Shown one piece after another: positions 28,206-41,858 of a stretch of 64,000 bases of DNA. Under the pieces are notes generated by a model. That model did no database searches, was not told the origin of the DNA, and worked only from the letters and a program-made list of their open reading frames with translations. The position numbers and the translations under genes are program-made. The stretch spans positions 8,711,083 through 8,775,082 of the forward strand of contig CM119271.1 in the NCBI GenBank assembly GCA_051294375.1, written 5' to 3'. How positions within the stretch are numbered: position 1 is the stretch's first letter; each line of letters opens with the position of its first letter. Source of the DNA: Paraspadella gotoi. Its lineage: Eukaryota > Animalia > Chaetognatha.

Positions 28206-28505
28206 ATCTCTCTCTCTCTTCTCTCTCTCTCTCTCTCTCTCAAATCCCGACGGCCTTTCGGATTTCGGCGAGCGTCGTTTGCGGATGACCCTCATTTTCC
28301 GGTTTCGACGCCATCTATAGCGGCGACGCTAACATTGATGCCGGCGCCGCTATAATCCAGGCCGGCGCCCCTAAATCGAAAACTATGGCACCGCTTGAAA
28401 AAAAAAAAGACGAAACGGCGCTGGATTAAACGCGGAATTGTCAGAAGATCGAGAGGAGTGATAGAGGAACGGAGAAGGGAAGAAGGAGAGAGAGAGAGAG
28501 AGATA

Positions 28506-28565
<60 letters not shown>

Positions 28566-28895
28566 GAGAGAGAGAGAGAGCAGACTTCATCGCGTCGATA
28601 AAAAGAGAGAACGGAAAATTTTGGTGCGGACGGATTTAAATGAGGACGACGATGACGACGACGACGACGACGACGACGACGCTAATGACGACGACGACGA
28701 CGACGGACGACACAACAACTTCGTTTCCGGTTCTCAATCCTCCGTCGAGTTAGACACTCGAAACGCAAAATCCGCGACGTCAAAACGTCATCGAAACGAA
28801 AGTCGCAGATCGGAGGGAACGGACGCGGACATAAAACGCTAATACCCACAACGACGCCCATCTCGACAACAACCTTCGCACAAAAAAAAAAACAT

Positions 28896-29125
28896 CTGTC
28901 CGTCAGTCTGTCCCACTTAGTTAAAAACACGCCTTGTAATCGTCGCTCATTCGTTGAAGGACAGGAAACGCCTCTGATATAAGAAAAGACAGCGCCCCTT
29001 AAGGAAAATCCTAAAAATTAACCAGAATAAAAAGACAAGATTCCGATGCCGGTCTGTGTCGCAACATTCACAAATTTACACGGGCTTAAGAAAGTCAACA
29101 ACATTTGAATTTACCGTTCTTGTTT
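28896..29125 (+). mobile_element. Degenerate, 5'-truncated HINE copy
   Basis: CTGTCCGTCAGTCTGTCCCACTTA...GAATTTACCGTTCTTGTTT matches the middle and 3' end of the family. Confidence 0.6.
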
Positions 29126-31660
29126 TATTCTATTCTTTATATCTTCTAGATCTCTTCCGTCTTCCCCAACCCAATCACCCCTCCCCCCTCAAAAACATCC
29201 AATCTCTTCAACCCACCTCCCTACACCAATTACCATCCAAATCCACCCCCTCCCCATCTACCCGCCCCGCCTCCCTCGGCGCCGCGAGATGTCGTTGATC
29301 CACTTTTTCGAAGATTTGTTTCTCCGATTCGCTGGCCGACACGAACGACGACCGACGACGACGCCGTTTACGAGCTCTGTTGAAAGGGGCGGGGGTTGTG
29401 ATGAAGACTGTGATGTAATGTTCTCGAGGATGTGATCGAAGGGTGTGGCTGGCTTGGTAGGAAGTGGGACGTGATGTGATGTGATGTGAGGTGATATGAG
29501 GTGTTGTGATACGATGAGACGTCATGTGATATTAGGTTATATGGTGTGATGAGATGTGATGCAAGATATGATTAAATGTGATCTGATGTGATGTGAACTC
29601 TCATTTCAAGCGCCGGTTGAGAGATCGCGTCAATATAACCGACAACGACAATGACAGCAAAGAAAACAACAACAACAACAACAACAGCAACAACAACTGC
29701 GACAACGACGCCATCTACAACTGCGACAAAAAAAGTCCTTGACGTTGAAAAAGTGGCGCGATGACGTCACGCCGTCGACGATAAAAATTTGCGCAAACGA
29801 CGGCGCCCCTCTCTCTCTCTCTCTCTCTCGGCCCGTCCAGATGGCGTTGGCGACGACGACGACGTTAGTTTAGTGACGCGGGAAAAGAATTAAAGAACGC
29901 GCGCCTCTTTTGGGAGAAAATGAGGCGTCAAAGCGGCAGCGGCGGCTGAGGCGGCGGTCGGCTGCGGCGGGCGGCGGCATCAACGACGATGCAGGCGCCA
30001 AAAACCGAAAAAAGTTGAGGCCATAACTGTTAAAAGAAACGTTTGGTGGATGAGATCCAAATTGAGATAAGCGACTCGGCTCGGGTAGGGACGGGGTGAG
30101 GCAGCGAGGATCGGGGTGAGGGAAGGGAGAATGGGATTCTGGGTGAGGTTTTTTATTTTGGAATGGGTTAAGTTTAGAGATGGTTATACGTTTTGGATGC
30201 GCTTAGTTGTGTTTATTTATTTTGTGTATTTAGTTGTGTTTTAGTTGTGTTTATGTTTTTTGTTTTATGTTTTTTTTTATAAAATTCATTCCAGATGGCA
30301 AGATTTTTTGTTTAAATTCGAAAGGTTTTTGGTCTTTGCTTGCCGTAAGATAAAATCATAAATGATAAAAAATTATTGACGATAATCTTATATTTAATTT
30401 ATTGAGAAAGTCACAAATATTTCGAGGGCTTCCGACTTTGTCAGAATGTGCTTCGCTAACTTCACCATCACAACGAAAATATTCACCTCGTCAGAGAAAT
30501 AAATTTTTCACAACGTTTGAGATAACAAACGTCACGGCTTCAGGGTGAGAAAAAAAAGGGAAAACATTTAAAAAAAAAAATAGAAAACAACCAGACGTTG
30601 TCGGTCTTTATGTCGGTCTTTATGTCTTTATGTCTTTATGTCTTTATGTCGGTCTTTATGTCGGTCTTNNNNNNNNNNNNNNNNNNNNNNNNNNNNNNNN
30701 NNNNNNNNNNNNNNNNNNNNNNNNNNNNNNNNNNNNNNNNNNNNNNNNNNNNNNNNNNNNNNNNNNNNNNNNNNNNNNNNNNNNNNNNNNNNNNNNNNNN
30801 NNNNNNNNNNNNNNNNNNNNNNNNNNNNNNNNNNNNNNNNNNNNNNNNNNNNNNNNNNNNNNNNNNNNNNNNNNNNNNNAACTTGTTCTCTGTTGAAAAA
30901 AGCTTTTGTTGTTTAAAAAAAAAAAAACCCTAGCCGACTCGAGAAAGACCTTTTTCATCTTTCCCGCAAGATTTACTCACCATTTCCAGCCTCGTTTTCA
31001 ATTTCTGTCCTCATATATTTCTTCTCATTCTTCCTTTTATAATCAACCTATTTCTCGAGGGTTGCTCTTTTGTTTCCAACTTACATTTTGTTCCCCCCGG
31101 TTCCGCCATCGACGCCAAGCTCTCTCACTTCACTCCCTCCCCCGCTGTCCCCCCCGGTTTTTCTAACCCATTCAATCCCTCCACCCCTTTCTATTTCTCC
31201 CTTCGGTTCCATCTTGCACCTCTTCTTTTGTCCCTCACTCTTTTTCCCTTTCCCTTTTTCTTCCCCAAATTCCTTTCAAATTTTCCAGTCAGTCAAGTTC
31301 ACTTATATTTCTCTTCACTCTCACGTTTTCCTTACAACCTACTGGCATATTTTCACTCTTTCACCCACCCTATTCAATCTCCTAGGTTGCTTTATATCTT
31401 TCTCATTTTTCTATTCAACCCTTAGTCCTTAACACCACCGGATCAGAGTCTTCCTTTTCTCTCCTCCCTCCTCTTTCCCATTCGCATCTCTCTTCTCATT
31501 TCACCCCAATTCCGTTTTTCCACCACCCAACCTTTTGTCAGCCCTGGCTGCCACCATAATGTCCGCTCGAAAGATTCAACCGGACTTTTATGATCTTATT
31601 TCTCATGTCCTGTTCAGAAAGAAGACGAAAGAGCCGAGTAATGGGGGATTTATTAACAGA

Positions 31661-31761
<101 letters not shown>

Positions 31762-32536
31762 TTGCCGAAGGAAAAGTGAATTAGAACTGAACAATTCTCG
31801 CGGCTTCTTTCTCTTTCTTTCTTTCACTCCTCTCTCCTCTCTCTCTTCTCCTTCCTCTCCTCTCAATACTCGCCTCTCTCTCCTCCTCTCTCTTCTCTCT
31901 TCCTCTTTACGTTCATTCACCCTTGTGTACGATCTCTTCGGCCGGTGAGTATATTTTATTTTTTTAATCTTTTTTTTATCTGTGTTTTTATTTGTCATTT
32001 TATCCCTTTTTTTATCTTTTTTTATATATTTCCGCGTCCATAGGAATCGAACGTAAAATCGTAAAAATGGCGACATTTTGTTTCTAGATTAATTTTTTCT
32101 TTTTTTCCTATTAGTCAATTTATAATTACGTAAGGCGGAAAAAAAACGTTTTTTTTCGCGTGCAAAACGACGTTTATTGTATTTGCATATTAAACTGTAA
32201 ATAAAATCCTTTTTTATATCAATCGCTATAAAACAAGAAACGGTTATTCAAGGTTTGCGCCGCATTACTTTCTTTTTCTTTCTTACCCACTTGTATTTAC
32301 GACCGCCTCCGCGAGTACTACGAGCGCAATAATAATCATTATACTCCGACACTTAGCAACATTTACAGTTAGGCTCAAAAGGGAATAATACTGAAATTGC
32401 ATACAAACCAATTTAAAAGTTAACAATTCATTTAATAAAAAAAGTTATTACAGTTAGTTATTGAGTACATTTTTAAAGTCTCACTATCTTCCCCAGTTTT
32501 TGTTTTGCTTAAACAGTATTTTAAGACATGTCAAAG

Positions 32537-32927
32537 TTTTTAGTTGTGCCGCGAGTACTCGCGGAGCAATCTGTATAAGTCACTTTTCGGTCAGTCTGTC
32601 GGTCGGTCCGTCATCCAGTGGCAGTTGGTATATCTGTCCATCAGTCTGTCAACTTACGTTAAAAATGTATATAATTCGCATTTAGTTTTTGCTCATTTGT
32701 TAAGACAGAAAAAAAACTCAAATCTAAGGGACTAGCTAGCTCCGATCATGAATACACTATAAAGTACAAAATAAAATTTCGATTTAGTGGCATGTCATAA
32801 ATACAAGGGCAAAAAAAGTTTTTTAGTCAATGTCATGTCAATGTCACGTCATATCAAGTGTATCAAAAGGAAAATACACGAGAAATAAATCCATTGCCGG
32901 CGCAACCATTGAATTACCGTTCTTGTT
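32537..32927 (+). mobile_element. HINE / DINE-1-like element copy
   Basis: Same 5' hairpin, GTCG repeats, 3' GGCGCAAC and GAATTACCGTTCTTGTT end. Confidence 0.75.
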
Positions 32928-33509
32928 AAAGTTAAAGGGCAGTCATTAAAATTATACTATAATTAACCGAACGTCCATAATTCGGCGCCAAATAAAAAAA
33001 GAAGTTGCCCGTTAAAAATTAGTCCTTTATAAAAGAGACAAATTGAGCGGCGATCGGAAATTTATAAAACACCGAACTGCGATATCGAATGCCCTCTCCC
33101 GACATTTCAAATGTTTTTTAATGTTTCAGGCACACAAGTTTTTAATCAAATGTTTTTCCAAAGATTTCTTTGCTTTTTTCGTTTAAAAATAATAAATCGT
33201 CGTTTGATTTTTCGATTTCCAAGAAAAAACTAACCTTACATCTTGTTTTCCCAATTTTTCGATCAGTTTTTTTATCGAAATTTTTTTCAGAATTTTTATT
33301 TTACAAATTCTTTCGTCTTTTAGTCTTCTCTTCTCTCTTCACTCTCTCTCCTATCCTTACTCTCTCTCTCTTAATCTGCCACTCTTTCATTAAGGCTTTT
33401 CTCATAACACTCTTCACTACACTCTTTATCACTTTTTACTTTTTTACTTTTTCATCTAAATCCAAATGAGATAAACCAGAAAAGACAGATCGTTTGTTCA
33501 AGTCATGTC

Positions 33510-33572
<63 letters not shown>

Positions 33573-33590
33573 TCTCTCTCTCTCTCGCAG

Positions 33591-34267
33591 AACTTTCTCG
33601 CTTTTTCAAAAAAATCTCAAAACCCCGGGACGAGAGTCCCAGAATATGACCCATTTTCGTTTAACCCCGCAACAATCGAGTCGATAAAGAGTAAGAGATA
33701 TCGATACGCAGACAGAGAGAGAGAGGATTAATGGTCTTGATTTCTGTTCGAGTTTGACTCTTTCTCTTCCGGTCATTTTTTTTTCAGCCGTCGGTCCCGA
33801 GAATTAAACAACTGGTTTTATTAACAAAAAAAAAAAAAATTCGATCGTACACCGGACAGTATTTAAAAAACACAAAGTTTGTTATCGCTACGAACTGAAT
33901 TTCGGCGACGATCTGGGAATTATTACTACGACCTTGCGCGTACGTCCTAAGTTGCTCCCATTCGAAATTCCGGCCCGGAATTCCGACCGGAATTTTCAAT
34001 CGGGTTTCCGAAAAAATGCCATCGATACGGATCCATTTCAATACGGTCTCATCTGATTACAAAAACACCGCCCCCCCCTTCCCGAGCCCCCGGAATGTAT
34101 CTCCCCTGCGTTGTAGCGTCGGCGCTGTCGGCGGCGCTGTCGGCGCTCTCGTCCTCGGCGTGCTGCTCCGCGAAGTGACTGGGTCTTCCGTGTTGGTTGA
34201 CGGGCGATTCCATTTTGATTCTCAACTCTTCGATTTAACGTCACGAACACCGAATAATTTGTGGTGA
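33591..34267 (+). CDS. 3' exons of an unknown gene (33591-33690 and 33788-34267); duplicated at 44074-44171 and 44274-44744
   Basis: Splice signals (CT)nGCAG|, |GTAAGA and T-run CAG|; non-repetitive sequence with a hydrophobic stretch VGAVGGAVGALVLGVLL in one frame; AATAAA at 34271. The frame is broken by indels in both copies. Confidence 0.4.
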
Positions 34268-35344
34268 AAAAATAAAACATGAACAAAAACAAACAAACAA
34301 AGCTTAATAATGTTTGATCGATAAAAAAAAAATATGTTTGCATATATATTTACACTGTCGACTAAATAACAAATTCTTTGTGAACAAAAATCACGAAAAA
34401 AGAGCGGCTTTGTCCTCGAGGGAAAGATATATACTGACACGTAAAAAATTGTCGTCAACGAAGCAGAGGATTTTGACAAGAATTTCCAACTAATTGAACC
34501 GACAATTGTCAACGAACCTCAATTAATTTATATATAAATCTTAACGCCCGACAAAAGCTAATAAACATTGTTTCTCGCTAAAACAAATCTAATCGAATCG
34601 AGGCTCGTTTTGCAAAGATTTGCAGTAGAAGCCGTCCACGCCCGAAGAGAAATCGAGGTCCTCGGAAAAAAAAAGAAAAAGGGAAACCGAGTTCATTTTT
34701 TTTGTAATATTTTTGTTGAATGGAGGAAAAATGTTTTCCACTAGTTTGTTGAGTGTCTATTTTTAGAATTTGACTTTTTATGTGAGTTTTTTTGTGTAGT
34801 TTACGGTTTTTATGAAGAGAAATATGGAATTGTGCACAAATCTTTTTTTTTTTTGGTTTTGTTTGACAACTTAGTTTTATTTCTAAAAGCTCGACTGCCA
34901 TCTTGAACTTTTAAAACACCTGCCAAACCTGTCCCCATTTATGAATTTGCGTCCTCCTCGCCCCTCGGGCGCCGTCCAAATAACTATTTTTTTTCTTAAA
35001 GTTAAAATCGAACGGAGATCAAAGAGATCAAAACAAACACGGCCAATACTTTCATATCAACTTACTCTGTCATTAATCTTCTTCATTTCATACTAACTAC
35101 CTTTTTTCTTTCCTTCTTCTACATTTCTTTTTTTCTATTATCAATTCTCTTCAATCTTCGAGTTTCGTCATTATTTACTTTGATAAAAAATATTCTGATT
35201 CTCTGATACGTTGTATTTACTTTGATCTCCTTTCTATATCTTTTTAAATTCCTTTTTAACCATTCTCCGTTAATCTTCTTTCGATAAGCCCCTACTTTCT
35301 TTTCTCTTTTACTATCTTTGAATGAATATCGTGAAATTTGTCAA

Positions 35345-35712
35345 TTTTTTAGTTGCGCCTGCGAAGAACTGTCGGTCGGGCGGGCGGTCGGTCGGTCGCG
35401 TATGTCTGTCCGTCGTCTGTCCCACTTACGTTAAAAATGCATATAATTTCGCTTTGTGGTTGCTCATTTGTTAAGACAGAAAAAAACCTCAAAATCTAAG
35501 GACTGGCAGTCGCGGCTTCAGGAATTCCTAAAACTATAAGATAAAATACGGAATTTCTGATGCAGTGCATGTCATAAATACAGGGGGAGAATATAAGTTT
35601 TTTTAGTTACGGTCATATCATGTTAATGTCATATCAATGTGAACAATGAGAACACAATGCACGTGAAAATAAGTCACTGAGGAGCAACACAATTGGAATT
35701 CCGTTCTTGTTT
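35345..35712 (+). mobile_element. HINE / DINE-1-like element copy (shortened 5' hairpin)
   Basis: TTTTAGTTGCGCC...GTCGGTCGG...CCCACTTACGTTAAAAATGCAT...CCGTTCTTGTT. Confidence 0.7.
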
Positions 35713-36300
35713 AATCTGCTACCTAATACTATTTTTCCTCTCTCTTATCATTCTGCTTATCATTCTAAATTCTAACTAATTCCTATTTCTTTTTCCTCGC
35801 ATATCCTTCTTAATACCTCTTCTTTTTCCTTTTCATTCTTCTTTAAATACTTATTCTACCTTCATTCCCTCGTCATTCTCCTTCTAAACGCCTTCTGTCT
35901 CCCATTTCATTCTACTTAATTTCTGCTTCTTCTCCTTCTCTATTTCCTATTCTACATCTCTCCTTTCCCTTCTCAGTTACTAAATGCTTTCTGACTTCTC
36001 CTCATTCTCCCAAACGCCTTCCTTTCACCCTATATCAATCTCCTTTAATTCTTTCTCTCTTCTCCTGCTCATTCTCCCTCTCCTCCTCTCCTTCTTCCCC
36101 CCCCCTCCTTCTCAATTCCTCTCCATCCCTCTCACCATTTCTTTCCTTTTGTTTCGAATAAATCGCGATTTAAGTGTCGCTACTTTTTTTTTTTTTTCCA
36201 AAGATTCCTGATGAACGTCTCCTTTTCCGACGCATCGCTTTAGTACATTACTAATAATCTCTATTTCAACGCCTCATCTATCCTCTCTCTCTCCTCAATC

Positions 36301-36331
<31 letters not shown>

Positions 36332-39047
36332 TTCCATTAGCCCATTGTTCGCGGCTGCCCCAAGTCTCCCTCATTCTTCCTTCGTTACACTATCCGCTGC
36401 CTCCTCCTCCTTCCTCCTCCTCTCCACATCTCATTATACCGTCACAATCTTTTCCTTCCACCTCATCAAAAAAGACTGATGTCTTCTTTTGTCTCTCATT
36501 TTCCTGCTTTGTCCCGCCTCCCCCCTTGCCTCCCTGCCCTCACCTCCCTGCTTTACCTTCTCTTCCCCTGCTCCCCTCCTCCTCTCTCTCCCCTACTCTT
36601 TTCCTTAAGCGCTGAAACTTCTTGTGAAATTGTTTGTTCATTTACTAAGTCGTAACATCTCTCGTCTCTTCTCCGATCTCTTCTCTCTCTCTCTTCTCTC
36701 TCTCTCTCTCATCTCTCTCTCCCATCCCCGTGTCTGCGACCCAATCCATCTCTGTCTGCACTTTGTTTATGCATCTGCATAAGTCTTAATGTCAGTCTTC
36801 TCCCTTTCACATTCGCTCTTCACAGTTTTGGATCATACATCCTGATATCTATCCTGAATATTAATCCCGAAGGAAAGAGAATATAAATCGGAGAGATTTT
36901 ACGAAGGTTAGTGCCCCTGTAGATTCGCCTTCTTACATACCTGAAAGAAGAAAAGAACCATAGTTTTGACTTTCAATGAGATTCTTGCAAGCAAATACAA
37001 AGCAATCAACCAGTCTCCAAGTCGATTTGACAATCAATTAACTCAGATTTGCTAGCTTAAAAAAAAAACAGCCCGACAATAGCTACCACAAGTACGAAGT
37101 TTCGAATGCGAACGACGCTCGTCCAAAATTCTATAAGACCCGTAACGAAAGAACAATTTTAAAACAACTTTTCCAACAGATATCCGACCTTTTTTTAAAA
37201 CAACAAACAAACAGCCAGACCCAACGTTCAACTCTGTTCGGAATTTTGTCTACACAACGACCTACCCGTGTGGAACCTTCAAACAACAAAACAAAGAAAC
37301 AGAACAAGTATCACCCTGTTCTTAATTTGCGTTGGGGTTTTATGTTTATGCCCCTTCGTCTTTTCGTTACTTTTTTTTTTCACAACCGATTTCGAATTCA
37401 TGACGTCCGATCGATCGATTATACGCGGGAATTTTATCCCTTTTTTTTCCTTTCTTTTTCCTTTTTTTCCCCCTTAATCTTTTCTTTTTTTTTTTCTTTT
37501 TCTTTCCTTTTCATTCATTCCGACGCGAAAATCGCTCAATCATCCATTGGTTTTTGAGTTCTTGACGTTTTTATGCAAATTTCTCTCCCTCTCTCCTCTT
37601 TCTCTCCTCCTCTCCTCTCTCCTCTCTCATCTCTCTCTCTCTACTCTCGTCTCCTCTCTTCTCTCTCATCTTCTCTCTCTCTCTCCTTGCTTCTCTCTCT
37701 CTCTCTCCATCTCATCACATCATATCTTATATTTCCCCCCGACTTTTTTTTTCTTCGTCATTTTTTTTTAATCGCAAATGGAATCCAAAATTTTCGTGTT
37801 GACGCCTGAAGAGATCGAGGGCCTCATTTTCATTTCATTCATTTCATATTCAATTCCAATTTCATATCATTCAGTCGTTTGTATTGCATTTAGTTTGTAT
37901 TTCATTTCATTTCGAATTTACATTATTTTAATTTATCTTTCCATATCATTTCCTTTTTATTCTTTTATTTCATTTCGTTTCAATTTTATTTAATTTATTT
38001 AATTTAATTATTTATTATATTTTATTTAAATCATTTAATTTTCATTTATTTCAATTTTACATTTTTTCATTTAAATTTTAACGGAATTGAGCAAGAAAAT
38101 TGAATTTATGAATGGAAAAACATTGTTAAATAAAATTTATAAATAAAATATAAATTAAATCAAAATAGACCGATAATCGCACCTACCAAAAGAAAAATTC
38201 AGAATTATAATAATGAATATCTTCAATCCGAAATGAATGTATAACAGAATGAATTTTAAATGAGATCAATTGTAGGAATCCCGAAAAAAAAACTGTGAAA
38301 AAATATACATGACCTGGTAAATGCCGTGGATTTGATTAAACTAAAACGCCATATACTATAATTTAAACAAGGAATGATAAATGATTCTAAATTTCAAAGA
38401 AGAAAGTTTTATCCAACCGAAACGGTGTCAATTAATCATGGCGTGAAACGAAAAAAAAACCAGACGAAAATGTTAATTGATAAATTATAGTGATTGTGTG
38501 CTTAAATGAAAGTGCTCTCTCTTTTTTCTGACTCCCTGCTGCTCTCTCTTCTCTCTCTCTCTCTCCTCTTCTTCTTTCTCCTCTCTTCCTTCTCCTCTCT
38601 CCCTCATCTCCTCTCATCTTCTCTCTCTCTCTCTCTTCTTTTCTTCTTCTGTCTCTCTCTCTCCCCATTAGCATTCCTTTAAAATATAGATGACCTTAAA
38701 TTTGTCAACTCACGGTGTAAAGGTATATTTGGAAAAAAATTAATTAATTTGATAAGAACTTAGAAAATATGACTTTTAGTTATCAAATTCAACAAATCTG
38801 TTTTTAAAGACGTTTTCAATTTCTTGTTGTTTGAATTAAATAAAGTCACAATTATTCAGATAACAAAGAAAGAAGAAAAGAAGAAAGAAAAGAAAGAAAG
38901 AAAGAAGAAAGAGAAGAAGAGAGAAAGAGAGACGAGAGAGAGAGAGAAGAGAGGAGAGAGAGAGAGGGAGAAGAGGAGACAGAGAGAGAGAAGAAAGAGA
39001 CCAGAGAGAGAGAGAGAGAAGGGGGAGAAAACAGAGGAGAAAGAGAG

Positions 39048-39099
<52 letters not shown>

Positions 39100-39138
39100 C
39101 AGAGGAGAAAGAGACAGAGAGAAAGAAAAGAGAGAGAG

Positions 39139-39220
<82 letters not shown>

Positions 39221-39819
39221 AATTCATCAACTTTTGGCCTCTGAGTTCAACGTCGCTCATACCTTCATTCTTTTTTCGTTCGCGCTCGCATCTCGCGTCG
39301 CCGCGCAAACTTGTCACTAGAGATCCTCCCCCTCTTCTTCTCTTCTTCTCTTTTCTTCTCTCTTCTTCTCTTCTTCTCTCTTCTTCTCTTCTTTCTTTAC
39401 TTCTCTTTTTCTCAATCCTCCTCTTCTCTATTTGCCTTTTCTTCTCTATCCTCCTTATCTTCTATAGCCCTTTTCTTTTCTACGCTTCCGATTTTTTTTC
39501 TCTTTGTTTGTCCTTTCATTTCTTGTATTTTGATCCATTTGATTATCTTATGAAATTGGTACAACCCATATAAAAATTATCCGTTCATTTAATAAATAAG
39601 CTATCTTGCCCCTGACTAATTATAAGTTCGTTTGCTCTCTTTCCTTCAAGTTTTCTTTTCTTTCCTTTCCTTTCCTTTCCTTTCCTTTTTTTTTCTTTTT
39701 CATCTTTTCTTTTTCTTTTTTTTTTCCTTCCTTTCTTCTTTCTTTATCGCTAAAATTAGTTATTTTTCCTTATTTTGTTTATTTTCTTTTCTTATTTCCT
39801 TCATTAACCCATGTTCTTT

Positions 39820-39904
<85 letters not shown>

Positions 39905-39914
39905 CCTCATCTCA

Positions 39915-40430
39915 TATTACAAAATCTGCGGCTCCGCGGAATTTCTCCAATCAACATCATCTCGAACCAAAAAAACAACTTCCCTGCTTAACCAATCCTC
40001 GGTCATCGATACAACGACGACCTAAGAGATACATATCATATTTTGTTTTTGATAGAAGGATTTACGATTCTCTCTGTCTCTCTCTTTCTTACCCTGGTCT
40101 CGTAGTCGTCCCTTTTTACATCTCTCCATTTTTCCGCCTCTCGCCTCTCGCCCTTTCTTCCTCCCTCTCTTTCCCTCTTTTCCCCTATCTCTCTTCTCTC
40201 TGCCCTCCTATGTCATCCTCCGAAATCGTCTCTCTTTCTCATCCCTTCCCTTCTCCTCTTCCTCTCCCTCCCTCCCTTCATTCCCCTACCCTCTTCCCCC
40301 CTTTCTCCCTCTCTCTCCCCCCAAAAAACCATCCTCCATTGTTCTCCCCTCTCATCTTTCCCCCCCTCCGCCCCCCTTTCGAAACCGCCTTGTTCATCTG
40401 TCAATTATCCGAGATGATCCATTCATCGAA
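39915..40430 (-). CDS. Candidate spliced gene of unknown function (G/E/R/K-rich exon, ~70-nt intron 40092-40022, Cys/Trp-containing exon); duplicated at ~50405-50920
   Basis: Donor CCAGG|GTAAG and acceptor CTCTTAG|G are present in both copies and phase-compatible in copy B (..RDPG-SSCIDD..). Confidence 0.28.
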
Positions 40431-40494
40431 TTTCATCGAAACTCGACGTCGACTGTCACGCGCGTCGCCATGACGACGCGGGGAAGCGACCGGA

Positions 40495-40567
40495 CCAATC
40501 GGGAGACGAGAAGACAGAAGGACGGACCAATCGGTTAATCGAGTTGGGAATGGAAAGGAAGTATAAA
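40495..40567 (+). promoter_or_regulatory. Candidate Pol II core promoter: two CCAAT boxes plus TATA (also at ~50983-51056 and ~52029-52100)
   Basis: GACCAATCG at 40495 and 40527 (32 bp apart); TATAAA at 40562. Confidence 0.45.
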
Positions 40568-40630
40568 GGAGGGATGGAAACTTTTCTTTCTATTATTTTC
40601 TGCCTCTTTCTCTTTCTATTTTGTGTGTCT

Positions 40631-40666
<36 letters not shown>

Positions 40667-40674
40667 CTCTCTCC

Positions 40675-40714
<40 letters not shown>

Positions 40715-40816
40715 GCGAGTGGCTCAAGCTGTCAAAAGAGAGAAAAGGTCCCGGGAGAATTTGGAAGGGGAAGAACCAATTGAAAGGGAAGACGAGATAG
40801 CGACTGGACCGAATGA

Positions 40817-40899
<83 letters not shown>

Positions 40900-41087
40900 A
40901 GCGGCGTTGATTGAAGGCTTTTTGACAATTGAGCAGCGTTGGGCGTTGGGTTGTCGTTGTTTGTCGTTGTTGTCGTGTTGTCCGTTGTTGTTGTCGTTAA
41001 AAAGAAACACGATTTTCGTGTTGACTGAAACATAACAACTTTTTTAAAGTCTGTAGTCGGGCATTCCTTAAGTTCTCCGCATATAAG

Positions 41088-41252
41088 CATGGTGGCTCAT
41101 GAGTAAAGCCATCAGCTCATGACCACTAGGTACGGAGTTTCAATTCTATCCCTGCGGAAGCGTGCGGAAGACCCCAAACCGCCTTGGCGGCCTTAAAACA
41201 CTCATCCTGTTCAGGATCCGTTCCATGGCTGCTTGAGGCGCCATAGACGTAA
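41088..41252 (+). mobile_element. tRNA-derived SINE (duplicate-A counterpart, lacking 45 bp at the 3' end)
   Basis: Same head and CCGTTCCATGGCTG motif as 52668-52880. Confidence 0.55.
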
Positions 41253-41538
41253 GTCAAAATAAATTATTTACTTGTTTCCTCTACAAAAGCAGAAATCGAC
41301 ATAATTTCTATAGCGCTGTCCACAGAGATAGTTTAATTTGAATTAATAAATCCTTTGTTAACGATCAAAAAAAACTTTCTTTATTATCAAACACTTAAAG
41401 GTATACAATAAAAATTAATGCATCAATCACATTCGTCCGTTTTAAAATTCGATGCCGGACAACGAGAACATTTCTCTCTCCCTCTTTCCCTCTCTCCCTC
41501 TCCTCTCTCTCTCTCTCTCACTCTCTCTCTCTCCTCTC

Positions 41539-41786
41539 TCAATTCCCGAAAAGGTCCAAGTATCTCTCAAAGAGCGGAAGCCCCTCCGCCCCCTTCCGCG
41601 AGTAATGCCTTTTGGAGACGATGCCCCCGCATTGATGGTCGCCGTCATCGTGTTTCCGGAAACAACGCGCTCCACGTCATGTTCTTTCGGCTGTTTGGCG
41701 TCCGTCTTGATTTGGTTCGGATTTGATTGATTGGTTTGATTGGTTGATTGATTTAATTTGATTTTTTTTTATTTATTTATTTATTT

Positions 41787-41858
<72 letters not shown>

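Noticed and set aside
38824-39573. 249-aa ORF and other ER/SL-rich ORFs
   Set aside because: Translations of (AG)n/(CT)n microsatellites.
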